Shown piece by piece: positions 1 through 14,360 of a DNA stretch of 64,000 bases (positions are counted from its first letter, which is position 1; the number at the start of each line of letters is the position of its first letter). The stretch comes from Octopus vulgaris. Lineage: Eukaryota. The stretch covers positions 8,370,001 to 8,434,000 of the forward strand of contig OX597834.1 of the NCBI GenBank assembly GCA_951406725.2, given 5' to 3'. The notes beneath the pieces are model-generated. The model was not told where the DNA came from and did not search any database. It saw nothing but the letters and a program-made list of their open reading frames with translations. The translations under genes and the position numbers were made by a program.

Positions 1-384
1 TGATTGTATAGATTTCTGATGATGATTCTCTGTTGGTGCCGTCACCGTTTTTGTTGCCAGAGTTATTGTTTTCCATGATGGTGATGTTGGTTGTACCGTC
101 TTGCTGATCTTCAGTTTCATTTCGGCTTTTTAATGACGCAACCTTTTCGCCATGACCGATTTTATTCAGACAGCATGTATACAAATATCTCATTACAGGT
201 GTGCTTCCAATAATACGAGTGTAGGCTTCGAGCTGAGTCAGATTTGATTGCTGCTTCAACTAATACCCAGAGCCGTACGCATCTTTGTTCACTTTGTGGC
301 AGTGTTGTTCTTTATCAACAGAGCATCCAGGATTAAGCAAACCCTCATGGACGGTCTTCAAGCAATAATGAGGCTGTATTTTAG

Positions 385-700
385 GGAACAGGTGACCTAG
401 TGGTTACGGTGCTGCACTCCTGATCGGAAGATCATGGTTTTAATTGCTAAGTAAGGAATTCTACTCTTGAGCAAAACATAACATCTCACGTAGCTCTGCG
501 CTCACTTCGGTACCTAATGTCAAGTACCTGTGCAGGTAAGAGCGATTTGATGTCTGGTGCCTGTTCAGGTATGAACGATTTGATGGAGAGACTGAGCTGA
601 TGTACATCACATACATGTGATAACTATAAACAAATCATTTTTGCTGGTCGTTAATGAGAAAGCTTGAACATCCATAGTTCGTCTTCAACAGCAGTGTCGA
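385..700 (+). mobile_element. Old degenerate tRNA-derived SINE
   Basis: Begins ggtgacctagtggttacggtgctgcactcctgatcggaagatcatggtttt (A-box-like, decayed B box); similar head on the minus strand near 22150-22252. Confidence 0.45.
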
Positions 701-2352
701 TCGTTTTGGGGGGTAGTTTGTGTTTAAGTTTTTCCGCTAATGTTCCAGATAGTGGCATGTGAGTTAAAGGACGACTGGTTATTCCTTTTTACAGTTCGAG
801 CTACCGCCTAGCTTTATAATATTGGCTCATATTAGTGACATCATTCCTGAGAACATAAATTGTGCATTGCGACTATTTACAGATCTTTTACCATATACAT
901 TGTTTAATGTACGACTCGTTGAAATAATTTGTTTTGGGGAAATAGATAGATTCGGGAGAGAAAGGGAGAGAGAGAGAGTTGGATCGCAAAAGTTTTGCAA
1001 GCACTGTCTACTGGTTTTTAGTGATATCTTTCTTCTCTTTGAGATGAAATTCATGTGAATGTCGACTTTGGTTCTATTCCCTTCTGAGCCGATAAAGTAA
1101 GTAATTGCATGAACTTATAGGAATCAATTTTAATCGTTTGCTTAGCCTACCCAGAATTAAAATCAATATAGTATCCATCAGATTATACTAACCACCAAGG
1201 GAACAAGCAGATGAAGGACAATGCTTCAGTGTTCGCGTAGTTGGTGGCGGAATAAAATCTTTAGATCCGAGGGACCCCAATAAAACATATATCGACTAAT
1301 TCATTTATTTGAATTGAAGCATTAAAAAGAAAATGCAAGATTTGTCTTTCATGTCAAATACAAACATCTGTTTTAATGGAACTATTGCAATAACTTAATT
1401 CTCTGAGGAATTAAAGGTAGAAAGATATTAAAGCCAAACACATACACACACACATACACAGACAAAATAAAGTAATAATAATAAATAGAAATATCGATGA
1501 AGAGAATCAAGAAGAACAAAGACCCAAAAGATGCAAACATATTTTGAATCCATCGTTGACCAATAAACCATAAGCAGAGAAGAAAGATTGCTACTGAAGA
1601 AATTATAATAAGAATCTTTGAAATACTCTACAACTGAGCATCTGTCGAACAAACAGCGAAACGCCACAGGAAATTTATTAAATACTCAAGTGATTGAATA
1701 AGTTCAAACGCGAAACCAAACCTTCCGATAAATCAAAAAGCTTCGATTTCTCTAGTATTATGAAGCTCCTGAGTTAATTCCATAATGGTATTGATTTTTT
1801 TTTTCGAGTTTAGCGGAGCAATAATCGATAAATACACTGTTTGACAATAAATCACAGTTAATGTAATATAATATAACTAGGGCTGAACTAAAACTCTTTA
1901 GAATAATCGCTTTCGTCCGTTCCATAGGAATCATTAGAGACAAATTCACTTTAACTCACAGACTCATACTAACACATAGACACTTACGTATAAACACAAA
2001 ATCATTTTATATGATTCTATGGTTACTGTGAGCATAAAAGAGTGTTTGTGCGTATATCACACACACACACAATACACTCACATACAAATACATACACACA
2101 CACACACATATGAATATATATATATATATATATACATTTATGTATACATATATATATCTGAATATATATATATATAGATATATATGGTGCATTTATGTAC
2201 ACATAAAGATATATATTTATAAATATATATATATATATGTGTGTGTTTGTGTGTGCATGGGTGTACATAAGTGCACTACACACACATTCACACACATATA
2301 GGGTGTGTAAGAGAGAAAGATTTATATATGTATGTATATATTTAAATATATG

Positions 2353-2391
<39 letters not shown>

Positions 2392-2842
2392 ATATAAATA
2401 TCTAAATATAAACAGACACACGTATAAATATAAATAGATATACACACATGCATACATACGTGCACACATATATATACACGCAGAACATACATGCGCAGAC
2501 GCACGCAATCACATATACAAAGAGAACTGTATTTCGTGTTAGTCTTTAAACAGCAATTCATATAAAGACGTCTCATTAGCTAACAAAATTATTTTTATTT
2601 ATTCCAGCCATCCATCACTACATTTACTGAATTCATTCATTCGTATATTTACACAATGTTATTTATTACACTCATTCCATACCTTACAGAATTCTATATC
2701 TTAGAGATGCTCTCAAAACAACTACAACAACAACAACAGTTATTACAGCAGTATTTTCGTAAGCCGAAACAAAACAAGTGCATCTATATGTAACTATACG
2801 AATTATGTATGCAACCGAGGTAAAACAAATTATATATAAAAC

Positions 2843-3160
<318 letters not shown>

Positions 3161-5302
3161 TATGATTTTTCTTTCGTAAATATCTATATATATTCATATA
3201 TATACATTTATACATATGTTTGTATATATGTATACTTACATAATTCTTTCTGTATATATGACAATGCGTATATTCTTGTACATACATATTTGTATATCGA
3301 TATATTATGTGTGTATATAAGCATACACGCAAACGTATTTTTGTATAGTCATGTCGATATATACGCACTCACACACACATAATTTTATCTACGTAGAAAC
3401 ACGTTTACTCTCAAATACACTCTCACGTATACACAACCGCAAACGCACATGAATATATGTGTATGCATATATACAAATATTATTTTCGTATATATGTGAG
3501 CGCATGTGCGCGTGTGTGTATGTGCGTATGAATGAATGTATATATGAAAAATGTTGAATGCAATTAGTTAATGTCGATGGTCTGTGTGAACCAGACCAGA
3601 GTGAAAGCAATTATGTTAAATCGAAAGGGAGATTCAACACCTAGGAAACCACTACATATTCTCTATGTTTATAATGAGTGGTGATGCAATACCTGTTTCA
3701 ATTGCTCCACGTATTCACTGATTAAAGACTCATAGCTTGCCGAATCGATATGATTGGATGGCAGGTTACTGGTGAAAAACCTCGTCAATAGAATTACTCT
3801 GGGCCTAAGATACTTAAATCTCAGGGCCTCAAATCTGAAGTGCTCGCAGTAATGGCTATCATATTTAACTATGGAAACGTTCGCAATGTATGCAGTCGTT
3901 CGGTTTTTGTTTTGTATAAAATAACTGGACAACTTTTATAGAAATTGACAGATATACTTAGTCTCATATATTTAATCTCGAATCCTCAATGCTGGAAGGT
4001 CGTTCTGCATTGCTCAGTCAGTCAGTACTCAACTGGGGTAAATACAAGCATATGTACTGTATTGTTCCTGCTTTTTCGCACTCGGTAGTTATTCATTGTG
4101 AAGATCTGTGATTATAAGCATTCAACACATAAGCATTCTCTTTTTCATTTCCCCCGTTTTTAGATTTGATTTTAGCTAACTGTAATTCTGGCTTTCTCTG
4201 TCCCCTGAGCAGTTTATTAAAACGCAAAGGTCTTTAGCAGTCAATTTCCCATCGGGGTAAAAGCATAAGAAAAACTTCCATATGTGCAAGTGTATATATT
4301 GTGCGTGTTTGTTCAGCAGAAGCTAATCATTACTTCGACAAGTTCATATCTGTTGAATATATAAAATAACTATTTCAGTTTGAGGATTTAGATATTTTTT
4401 CTGTTTTCATTAAGGTTATTAAATACTCTACCGGGGAAGTAGGTCTCGATTTTGAATGAGGGTGTAATTTTGTGCACGATCGAGGTTTACCCATTCCTAT
4501 CAGCTAGAAATTATATCGTTGTCTGATGTTTTTCTTTTCTGTGTGCAAGTATCTCTGAGGAAGGGCGAAGCTACGACCATATTTCCTTCTATTTTATTTT
4601 ATTTCTTCGCAACAATAAATCTATGGTTTCCCGTTGTAACTTCAATTCAACGAGTCGCCCGGTAGCTCTAAAACCTATGTCTTTCCGTTACTCAATTCAT
4701 CACCTCCACACATTTCTTTGAAATGGATTTCTCCAAATCAGCTGGATTTCAAAAACACATTTAGTTCTATAAGTCATCAAGAGCAGACACATCATGCTAC
4801 TCCTTGTTCTCTTTAATGAAACACTCTCAATGCAGCTGCAAAGTGTTGTTGATGATAGGAAATGTGTGGAATTATACATTTATATGATGAGAGTTTGTCA
4901 AATTAACGACCCAAATTTTATTAAATCCCGCCTTCTTGTCTCTCTTACAAATGATAAACTACGTATTACTCCGGAGTCAAGTTGATCGTGTTTGCTCAAT
5001 CAGAATGAAATAAACCAACAAAGCTAAGGACCTAAAATTACGGTAATCAAACACACTGAATTACCTTAACAACCTTGCATTCTCTGTGCAGAAGAATTAC
5101 TTGACAAAAACAGAAAAGAAATACAACGAAAAATACACTGTACTGATTACATACGCGAAAGTCATAGTTATAAATATACATTTTTTAAGAGTGCAATTCT
5201 CTATGTCCAACTTAACGTGGATGTTTTATTACAGCACTGAAAAGTGCTCAAAGGAAATCTCTCATATGAATCGTGGTATATAAAATACTCCTATACATAT
5301 AT

Positions 5303-6270
5303 CTTTCTTTACTACCCACAAGGGGCTAAACACAGAGAGTGCAAACAAGGACAGACAAATGGATTAAGTCGATTAGATCGAACCCAGTGCGTAACTGGTA
5401 CTTAATTTATCGACCACGAAAGGATGAAAGGCAAAGTCGATCTCGGCGGAATTTGAACTCAGAACGTAGCGGCAGACGAAATACCCATTTCTTTACTAGA
5501 CACAAGGGGCTAAACACAGAGGGGACATACAAGGACAGACAAACGGATTAAGACGATTATATCGACCCCAGTGCGTAACTGGTACTTAATTTATCGTCCT
5601 CGAAAGGATGAAAGGCAAAGTCGACCTCGGCGGAATTTGAACTCAGAACGTAGTGGCAGACGAAATACCCATTTCTCTATTACCCACGAGGGGCTAAACA
5701 CAGAGGGGACATACAAGGACAGACATACGGATTAAGTCGATTATATCGACACCAGTGCGTAACTGGTACTTAATTTATCGACCCCGAAAGGATGAAAGGC
5801 AAAGTCGACCTCGGCGGAATTTGAAGTCAGAACGTAGCGGCAGACGAAATACCCATTTCTTTATTACACACAAGGGGCTAAACACAGAGGGGACATACAA
5901 GGACAGACAAACGGATTAAGTCGATTATATCGAACCCAGTGCGTAACTGGTATTTAATTTATCGACCTCGAAAGGATGAAAGGCAAAGTCGACCTCGGCG
6001 GAATTTGAAGTCAGAACATAGGGCCAGACGATATACCCATTTCTTTATTACCCACAAGGGACTAAACACAGAGGGGACATACAAGGACAGACAAACGGAT
6101 TAAGTCGATTATATCGAACCCAGTGCGTAACTGGTATTTAATTTATCGACCTCGAAAGGATGAAAGGCAAAGTCGACCTCGGCGGAATTTGAACTCAGAA
6201 CGTAACGGCAGACGAAATACCGCCAAACATTTCGCCCGGCGTGCTAACGTTTCTGCCGGCTCGCTGCCTT
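5303..6270 (-). mobile_element. Tandem array of SINE B1: five ~183-bp body+tail units and a single tRNA-like head
   Basis: Unit tttctttactacccacaaggggctaaacacagag...cagaacgtagcggcagacgaaatacc repeats 5 times; the head (ccggcgtgctaacgtttctgccggctcgctgcctt) occurs once, at ~6222-6270; B box GAGTTCAAATTCC on the minus strand. Confidence 0.9.
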
Positions 6271-6322
6271 TGCTCACATATCATTAACAGGGACGAATTG
6301 TCTGCTATAGCGACCGGAACTG

Positions 6323-6365
6323 CCAGACTACATTGTTTCGCCCTGGCCGGTCTCTTCAGGCGCAG
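6323..6365 (-). ncRNA. Candidate degenerate type I hammerhead ribozyme
   Basis: Minus strand: ctgcgc CTGAAGA gacc-ggcca-gggc GAAA caatg TA gtctgg. Core intact; stems I and II have mismatches. Confidence 0.4.
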
Positions 6366-6984
6366 ATGATCGGTAGTGACATAACCGAATCTCACGGTCA
6401 ACGATACAGAGAATGTGAATGTCGTTTCAGACACTTATATCGCAAATAGCCAGCATATTAAAAGAAATAATTAATAGCGGTTTCCTAACAAAACAGTCAC
6501 GTTGTGTTAGACATAAAGATTGGCTTTTGGTATTAATACTACTTCTGTCGTTATCAATATATTTAAATAATTCTAAAGAGATTTTATGGTCATGAATGGA
6601 ATGGCTTTGGTAATAACGGCGTCTTATACAGGCAGATTTCTAGAGTTACGCCTTGGAAACGTTTTAGTTCAATAGCTAAGTGATACTGTAGATATAATAG
6701 TTGTTGTTTTAGCCGTGCCACTCCTGACCACCACGTTACTTGGGCAAACGTGGTGCATATACAATTGAACTATCAAATTTTAAAATCAGTAAAAATATCA
6801 AATATGTCACAAGGCCGTTACTCGATCTGCTAAAATTAACAGTCACACGCTTCAAAATTTACGCGTTTAGAAGAGGTATAATTGTGATTCAGGGGTAGTT
6901 CATTGAATAAGTTCTATATTAAAGGATATGTCGAATATTAGGATATCTTAGATTTGCCCAATATATATATATATGTGTGTGTGT

Positions 6985-7192
6985 GACCGCGTGTGTACCG
7001 TTGGCGATTTTTTTCCTCTGTCTTTCCTTCCCTGGATCTTTCCTTCTCCTATGTTTCCGACGAAGAGCTCCGCTCGAAACTTTGAACCCCCCCCCTTCTT
7101 TCCTTCTTTCCTGAGCGTCCAATAATACTATATTTGTTCCACGTCCTCGCGTTGTTGTGTTTTTTTTTTGTGCTTTCTTGTTTGGATTAACT
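6985..7192 (+). mobile_element. Short Penelope-like (pLTR-type) element with decayed hammerhead, embedded in (AT)n
   Basis: gttt CCGACGA agagc tccgctc GAAA c tttgaac at 7053-7086; shares ttcctgagcg..aatac with the element at 47478-47680; microsatellite on both sides. Confidence 0.6.
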
Positions 7193-7197
7193 ATATA

Positions 7198-7435
<238 letters not shown>

Positions 7436-7919
7436 GGCACAAATGTTAGGTAACGTTCGGTTTATTAACACCTTTGGGGATATGAATTCTTTTCAGGTTT
7501 ATGTAAAATACATATATATATGCGATCCGCGTTACCTTCGTTTAAGCAAACACTATGTAAGAGAACAGAGATGGAAAGGAATCTACTTTATGAGGCGCAT
7601 TGCTTTATATTTGCACATAAGTGAGTAGGGCTCCGTGCTTGTGTGTGCGTGTAGGAATGCCTGTGTATGGGCGTGTGTGTGTGTGTGTGTGCGTGCATGT
7701 GTGTGTGTGTGTTTGTGTGTGCGCCACACGTAAGGAATCAATATATATCTATATATACACACAGAGAACATCTTGAGAAGCATTTACTCCCCCTCTCGTG
7801 GTTTCAGGAATATTATTCTCCGCGTGTAAGAGATGGTTAGGAAAAACCAAAAAAGACAAAGACCAACATATGCAAAAGCAAGTATTGGACACATACAAAA
7901 AGAAAGATAAAGAAAGAAG

Positions 7920-7959
<40 letters not shown>

Positions 7960-8181
7960 CACATTTGTCAATATAAAGTACACATAGGGAGTTGTGTGTG
8001 GACGCATTATACATTCATATATATACATATACATATATAGATATATACATACCTATGAATATATATATATATACATATGTATACCTGAATATTTACGCAC
8101 ACAGAAGTATATATATATATGTATGTATATGTAAATATATATATATGTATATGTATATATATATATGCATGTATATATATG

Positions 8182-8230
<49 letters not shown>

Positions 8231-8295
8231 GATATATATATATATACATGCATACATATATATATATATAGATATATATACATATATATATATAC

Positions 8296-8348
<53 letters not shown>

Positions 8349-8470
8349 TAGATATATATACATATATTTATATACATATACATATAGATATATATATGTA
8401 TATATATATGTATATATATATATATATATATTTATATACATATACATATGTAGATATATATATGCATATA

Positions 8471-8507
<37 letters not shown>

Positions 8508-8579
8508 GTATATGTATATATTTATGTAAATATATATATATATATGTGTGTATGTATATATATATATATGTATGTATAT

Positions 8580-8666
<87 letters not shown>

Positions 8667-8975
8667 TATATGTGTTGTATTCTGCTCATAAACAGAACGT
8701 AAGAACAACATGTATATACAAACCACGTATTTCTTTATTGACATTTATTCATATCATCAGAAATTTATCATCAAGGATTAGAAGTATTTCTTTACTTTTC
8801 GGGTTCTGTTCAGGTTATTTTGCATTTGTGTGCAATATTCTGACCGTTTTTATGCGCTGTCCTATATTTCTTTTAACGGATAAAGATCAAATTAGAATGA
8901 AAATCATGTAGTCATCTATCTCAAGGAAAAAAAAATGGAACTTCGTGAAATTGCAAGATTCACTATATATTTTCG

Positions 8976-9098
<123 letters not shown>

Positions 9099-9262
9099 AT
9101 ATTTATAAATATATATATATTTATATATATATTTATAAATATATGTGTGTGTGTATGTACATTTAAATATAGATAAATCTATGGTTGCATATATATGTAT
9201 ATATATATATGTATATATACGTATACACATGTATATATGTTATATATGGATGTATATATGTG

Positions 9263-9391
<129 letters not shown>

Positions 9392-9611
9392 GTGTGTGTG
9401 TGTGTATGTTTTGAGGTATGTATGTACGTATGTATATATATGGACATATGTGGCGTGCATAGAATAATTACAGATCTGAAAATCAATATTTAGGGAGAAA
9501 ACTAAGATGATATACAATACATGCTTATCTTTAAAAGTATTAATGTATCGATATACGTCTGTAGATTCCTATTTTCTCACCTATCTACCTATCTATCACT
9601 TTCTGTTTCTT

Positions 9612-9645
<34 letters not shown>

Positions 9646-10639
9646 ACTTTCTCTCCCTCTATATCTCACTTTCTCTCCCTCTATATCTCACTTTCTTCTC
9701 TCGTTCTCTCTGTTTCTTCCTTTGTGTCTTTGCGTTTATGTATACATACTTACATACATATATACACATGCAAACATACATACCTAAACACACACATCCA
9801 CACTATACACTCACTCACATATAATCCCTTTTCGTTTGTGTGTTTGCCAACATGCAATATACAAATGCAGAAGAGATTTCACTTCTAAAGAACGATTCCT
9901 ATTTAAATTAATATTCTGCTTATTGCTTGAATATATTTTTTTCTTATTTATTATTCTTTGGAGCAAATAACATTTCTCTTGATAATTCTTCCTTATCATA
10001 TAACTCTTCTAGCGGAAAGACAATATGGTAACAGAGGTAGCAAATTTAGCTATATTTATATAATTATTCCTCGTTCTCTTTGTCAATACCACGAACATTC
10101 TTTCATATTTCTTGCTTGTATTTTTTTTTTCTTATTTGAAATGAATATTTTACACTGAATTTGCAAAAGTTGTTTCATTTCCAGAAAATTTTCGCAACTT
10201 ATATCGTTTGAAAAACTGTTACTGACATTTGTGATATACATGCTGTCCTGGTGAAATTTATATCATTATATAACGTAACTGCAATCTGATTCTTTGACAT
10301 CCAATCTATTTTTCATATACTATTACAGAAACAGAACGAACTCAAAACCAATTGCATAAATTTTCAAATAACACAATCAATCTAATCTGGAGTCACTATT
10401 ATTTCTATGTATAACGAATTACATTCTACACTAGATAAGTGTCATTAACCACTATCTCCCCATCATTTCAAGAAGCCTATCTCCTAATGCCTGAATATTT
10501 ACGACGAGAAGGATTTTATTCATATTTCTAGAATTTCAAATTTACTCATTTGTGTTCTCATGTTAATTCAATTGATAAATGTTTTCTTAGATTGCAGAGG
10601 AATAGTATCATATAAAGGCTTCAACTTTTGATAGGAGGC

Positions 10640-11200
10640 TAGTAATTACGGTGGACGCGTAAGTCGATTATATCGAAACGAGGGCTCAAATGCTACTTAT
10701 TTTATCAAGGCTTTGAAAGGATGAATATCTTAGTCGACCTCGGCGGAATTTTAACGCAAAAACTGACTTAATGTCGTGAATCATCTTGCCCAACGTGCCA
10801 ACGATTCTTATTTATTGCCCACAAGGGACTAAATATAGAGGGGACAAAAAAGCACAGACAAAGGGATTAAGTCGATTACATGGACTCCATGGCACTTAAT
10901 TTATCGACCCCGCAAGGATGATGCTTTGGAACAGCAATATTCTCTCAATGGAAAAAAAGGGCAGGTTTTCAACAGTTGTATTCTATCCGGCAGTAATCCT
11001 TTCTACAATAGGTACAAAGGCTGAAATTTTGGGGAAGCGGATAGTCGAATACATTGAGCCTAGTGTACCACTAGTTCTTATTTTATCGACCCGAACGGAA
11101 GAAATGCAAAGTCAAATTCAGCAGCATTTGAACTCAGAACAAAATGCCGCTAGCCATTCTGCCTACATTGCTGACGATTCTGCCATCTCACCACCTTATT
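10640..11200 (-). mobile_element. Cluster of old degenerate SINE B fragments
   Basis: Recurrent gtcgattatatcga, gtcgacctcggcggaattt, atttgaactcagaac motifs; a B1-type tail at ~10810-10860. Confidence 0.7.
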
Positions 11201-11896
11201 TAAACTTGGAATAATTTTGCGCTTGTTCTAGTGAGGGGTCGGGACAAACCGTATTATATAAGAAATATTTTTGCACATGGATCAAGTTTCTTTCTATCGG
11301 AAATAAAATATATATATATATATATTCCAGGTGTTTTTGAATTATGCATCAATTTTGAAATGTATATCACTTTTAAAAGTTGTCAAAAGTGAAATAATAA
11401 CAAGCATAGAAATTTAATATATGGTTTATTCATCTCTCCCTAAATGTCACAAGTGAGCTGCACTGAAAATTGAAGAGTGCGCTGGGAGATGGCAAAAATA
11501 GAGTTCTGTATGTATTGACATCAGATGAATAAGTGGTACAAAATCACGGTATGGTTTATATTTTTCATCACAAGAGAAAGGACAGTTTCCTCGCAGGTGC
11601 AGAGGTTAATTAAATATTTAGGTAACCTATCCTATATGCGTGCTAAAACTGGACATTGAAAAAGACAAATACTTAAATATCAGATTGTACTTAGATTATA
11701 GATATAATCCCGTGATGATGAGATTGTGACTACATAAATTTGTCCCAAATAACCGCGCATTTACGATGGAGCATCTGCTTTTTTTAAATAATAAATACAC
11801 ACCGTGTACTACTTACAACTAAAAGTGTTTGGACTGTTGTTCGTTATAGCAGTATTGTTCCTCAAATACTTTGCAGAGCCACATACATATATACTA

Positions 11897-12142
11897 TTTA
11901 CTCTTTTACTCTTTTACTTGTTTCAGTCATTTGACTGCGGCCAAGCTGGAGCACCACCATTAGTCGAGCAAATCGACCACCAGGACTCATTGTTTGTAAG
12001 CTTAGTACTTATTCTATCGGTCTCTTTTGCCGAACCGCTAAGTTACGGGGACATGAACACACCAGCATCGGTTGTCAAACAAAGCTAAGGAGACAAACAC
12101 AGACACAAAACAAACACACACACATACACACACACACACACC

Positions 12143-12201
<59 letters not shown>

Positions 12202-12363
12202 GACAGGCTTCTTTCAGTTTCCGTCTACCAAATCTACTCACAAAGCTTTGGTCGGCCCGAGGCTATAGTAGAAGACATTTGCACAAGGTGCCATGCAGTG
12301 GGACCGAACCCGGAGCCATGTGGTTGGTAAGCAAGCTACCTACCACACAGCCACTCATGCGCC
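11897..12363 (-). mobile_element. tRNA-derived SINE family A, full length
   Basis: Head GGCGCA.GAGTGGCTGTGTGGTA...GGTTC; CORE-like CTTG(G/T)GCAA.TGTCTT; internal (AT)n(GT)n; (GTAAAAGA)n tail. About 12 copies in the window. Confidence 0.9.
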
Positions 12364-12508
12364 TATATGAACGAGTATCTTTGTTATTAATAAATCAATA
12401 CCCAATACAAAACTCAGAATGAGCTCACTAATATATGGTGTTGCTCCTACATGGGCTTTGTTGTCGATGCTGTAGTAAATTCAAGAAATTAGCCGATTAT
12501 TATCAGCT

Positions 12509-12773
12509 ACTCTTTTACTCTTTTACTTGTTTCAGTCATCTGACTGCGGCAATGCTGGAGCACCGCATTTAGTCGAGCAAATCGACGCCGGAACTTATTC
12601 TTTTTAAGCCCAGTACTTATTATATCGGTCTTTTTTGCCGAACCGCTAAGTGACGGGTACGTAAACACGCCATCATCGGTTGTCAAGCAATGCTAGAGGG
12701 ACAAACACAGACACACAAACATACACACACACATACAAATATATATATATATATATATATACATATATACGAT
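12509..12773 (-). mobile_element. 5'-truncated SINE A flanked by a 67-bp direct duplication
   Basis: 12442-12508 matches 12778-12844 with one mismatch. Confidence 0.85.
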
Positions 12774-13549
12774 GTACTGCTCCTACATGGGCTTTGTTGT
12801 CGATGCTGTAGTAAACTCAAGAAATTAGCCGATTATTATCAGCTGTTCATGTTTCGTTGCTAACTACCTTTTCATTTTCTCGAATTGAGAAATGAAACAC
12901 TGAATAAGACTAGAATTTTCGAGTATTATTCTCAGTGGGAAGTTTTTCTCATTTTTATTGTTCATGTTTTCCTCTTTTTTTCAACTAACGAACAGTTATG
13001 ATAAATGTGTCTTATCGTTTGCCTCATGAGAAGCATATCTTTAGCATACCAGAGAATATCAGGTGTTGGCATCTCATAGGTCGTAGGTCATTAGTCTTGT
13101 TATCTTAACTCGTATATTCGTGGCACTTGGGAATAATCGTACGAACTAAAGTCGGTAGTTCTAACTAAAATGATTCTGTCAAGGGATATTGTTTTCAACA
13201 TATATTTATATGTTTCTGTAGCAGTTATTTCTTTCTTTCAGTAGAAAATATATTCTATGCAACAATGAAATATAACTAAACTGAAACGCGGCAAAACCGC
13301 ATAAACGACTTCGAAAAGTTCATTTTGCAAATACGCCTCGAAATAAACATATTGCGTATATGGATATCTTAGGGAGAAATGTTAATCTCTTTCATTAACA
13401 ATACTTATCCAGTTGGTGGTTTTATCGAAGTCTCTGTTGGTGCAAGATTTTGATATGGGGTTACAATTTTTTTTTCTGTCCTTAGACCGGTATCAGAAAT
13501 TATAACAGCATCAGTAAAATCAGCATAACATGCATTTTTTTCTCTTTAT

Positions 13550-13953
13550 CTCTCTTTACTCTTTACTCTTTTACTTGTTTCAGTCATTTGACTGCGGCCA
13601 TGCTGGAGCACCGCCTCTAAGCGAGCAACTCAACCCTGGGACTTATTCTTTGTAAGCCCAGTACTTATTCTATCGGTCTCTTTTGCCGAACCGCTAGGTG
13701 ATGGGGACGTAAACACACCAGCATCGGTTGTCAAGCGATGTTGGGGGAACAAACACAGACACAGACACACATACACACACACACATATATATATATATAT
13801 ACATATATACGACGGGCTTCTTTTAGTTTCCGTCTACCAAATCCACTCACAAGGATTTGGTCGGCCCGAGGCTATAGCAGAAGTCACTTGCCCAAAGTGC
13901 CACACAGTGGGACTGAACCCGGAACCATGTGGTTGGTAAGCAAGCTACTCCTG
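13550..13953 (-). mobile_element. SINE family A
   Basis: Near-identical to other A copies. Confidence 0.9.
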
Positions 13954-14089
13954 GGTCTATCTGCTTCTTTCTCTGGAACTACTTGTAGTTGGTGTCAGGA
14001 ACTTGCAATTTTATGGCCAAATTATGGAGACATCGGATGCCTGCGTGTATGTTTGTATATGTGTATATAAGTATGTATATATAGGACAG

Positions 14090-14305
14090 TTTTCTTTGTG
14101 TTTTTCTCTATCTCATTCCCTAATATGCTCATGAAACTGGGATCAACCTGAGGGTGTATAAAACACACACACATAGTGCCAGGCTGTTGAATTATCTGAG
14201 AGAAATTTTCTTTAAGTAGTGGAAATGGCTAAAAAACTTTTTTGGCTGCTATTTCTAGAAAGTTCAGTATGTGGCAAAGTAATTTATTTTACTAAGCCCT
14301 AATTA
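14090..14305 (+). mobile_element. Penelope-like pLTR-type fragment ending in (TA)n
   Basis: 3' motif ttttggctgctatttcta...gtatgtgg shared with 18805-18860 and 38705-38765; the latter lies downstream of a hammerhead. Confidence 0.45.
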
Positions 14306-14310
14306 TATAA

Positions 14311-14344
<34 letters not shown>

Positions 14345-14360
<16 letters not shown>

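Noticed and set aside
5303-6270. Retrozyme interpretation of the SINE B1 tandem array
   Set aside because: No CUGANGA/GAAA hammerhead core was found in the unit on either strand.
8007-8744. Long YI/IY, CV, TH and LSIY-rich ORFs here and throughout the ORF track
   Set aside because: These are translations of (AT)n, (GT)n and (TATC)n microsatellites that lack stop codons.
12072-12422. Recurrent ORFs such as ASFSFRLPNPLT..WSARGYSRRHLPK and MVVIPAVLFHHNFLS
   Set aside because: They are incidental translations of SINE A and SINE C copies.
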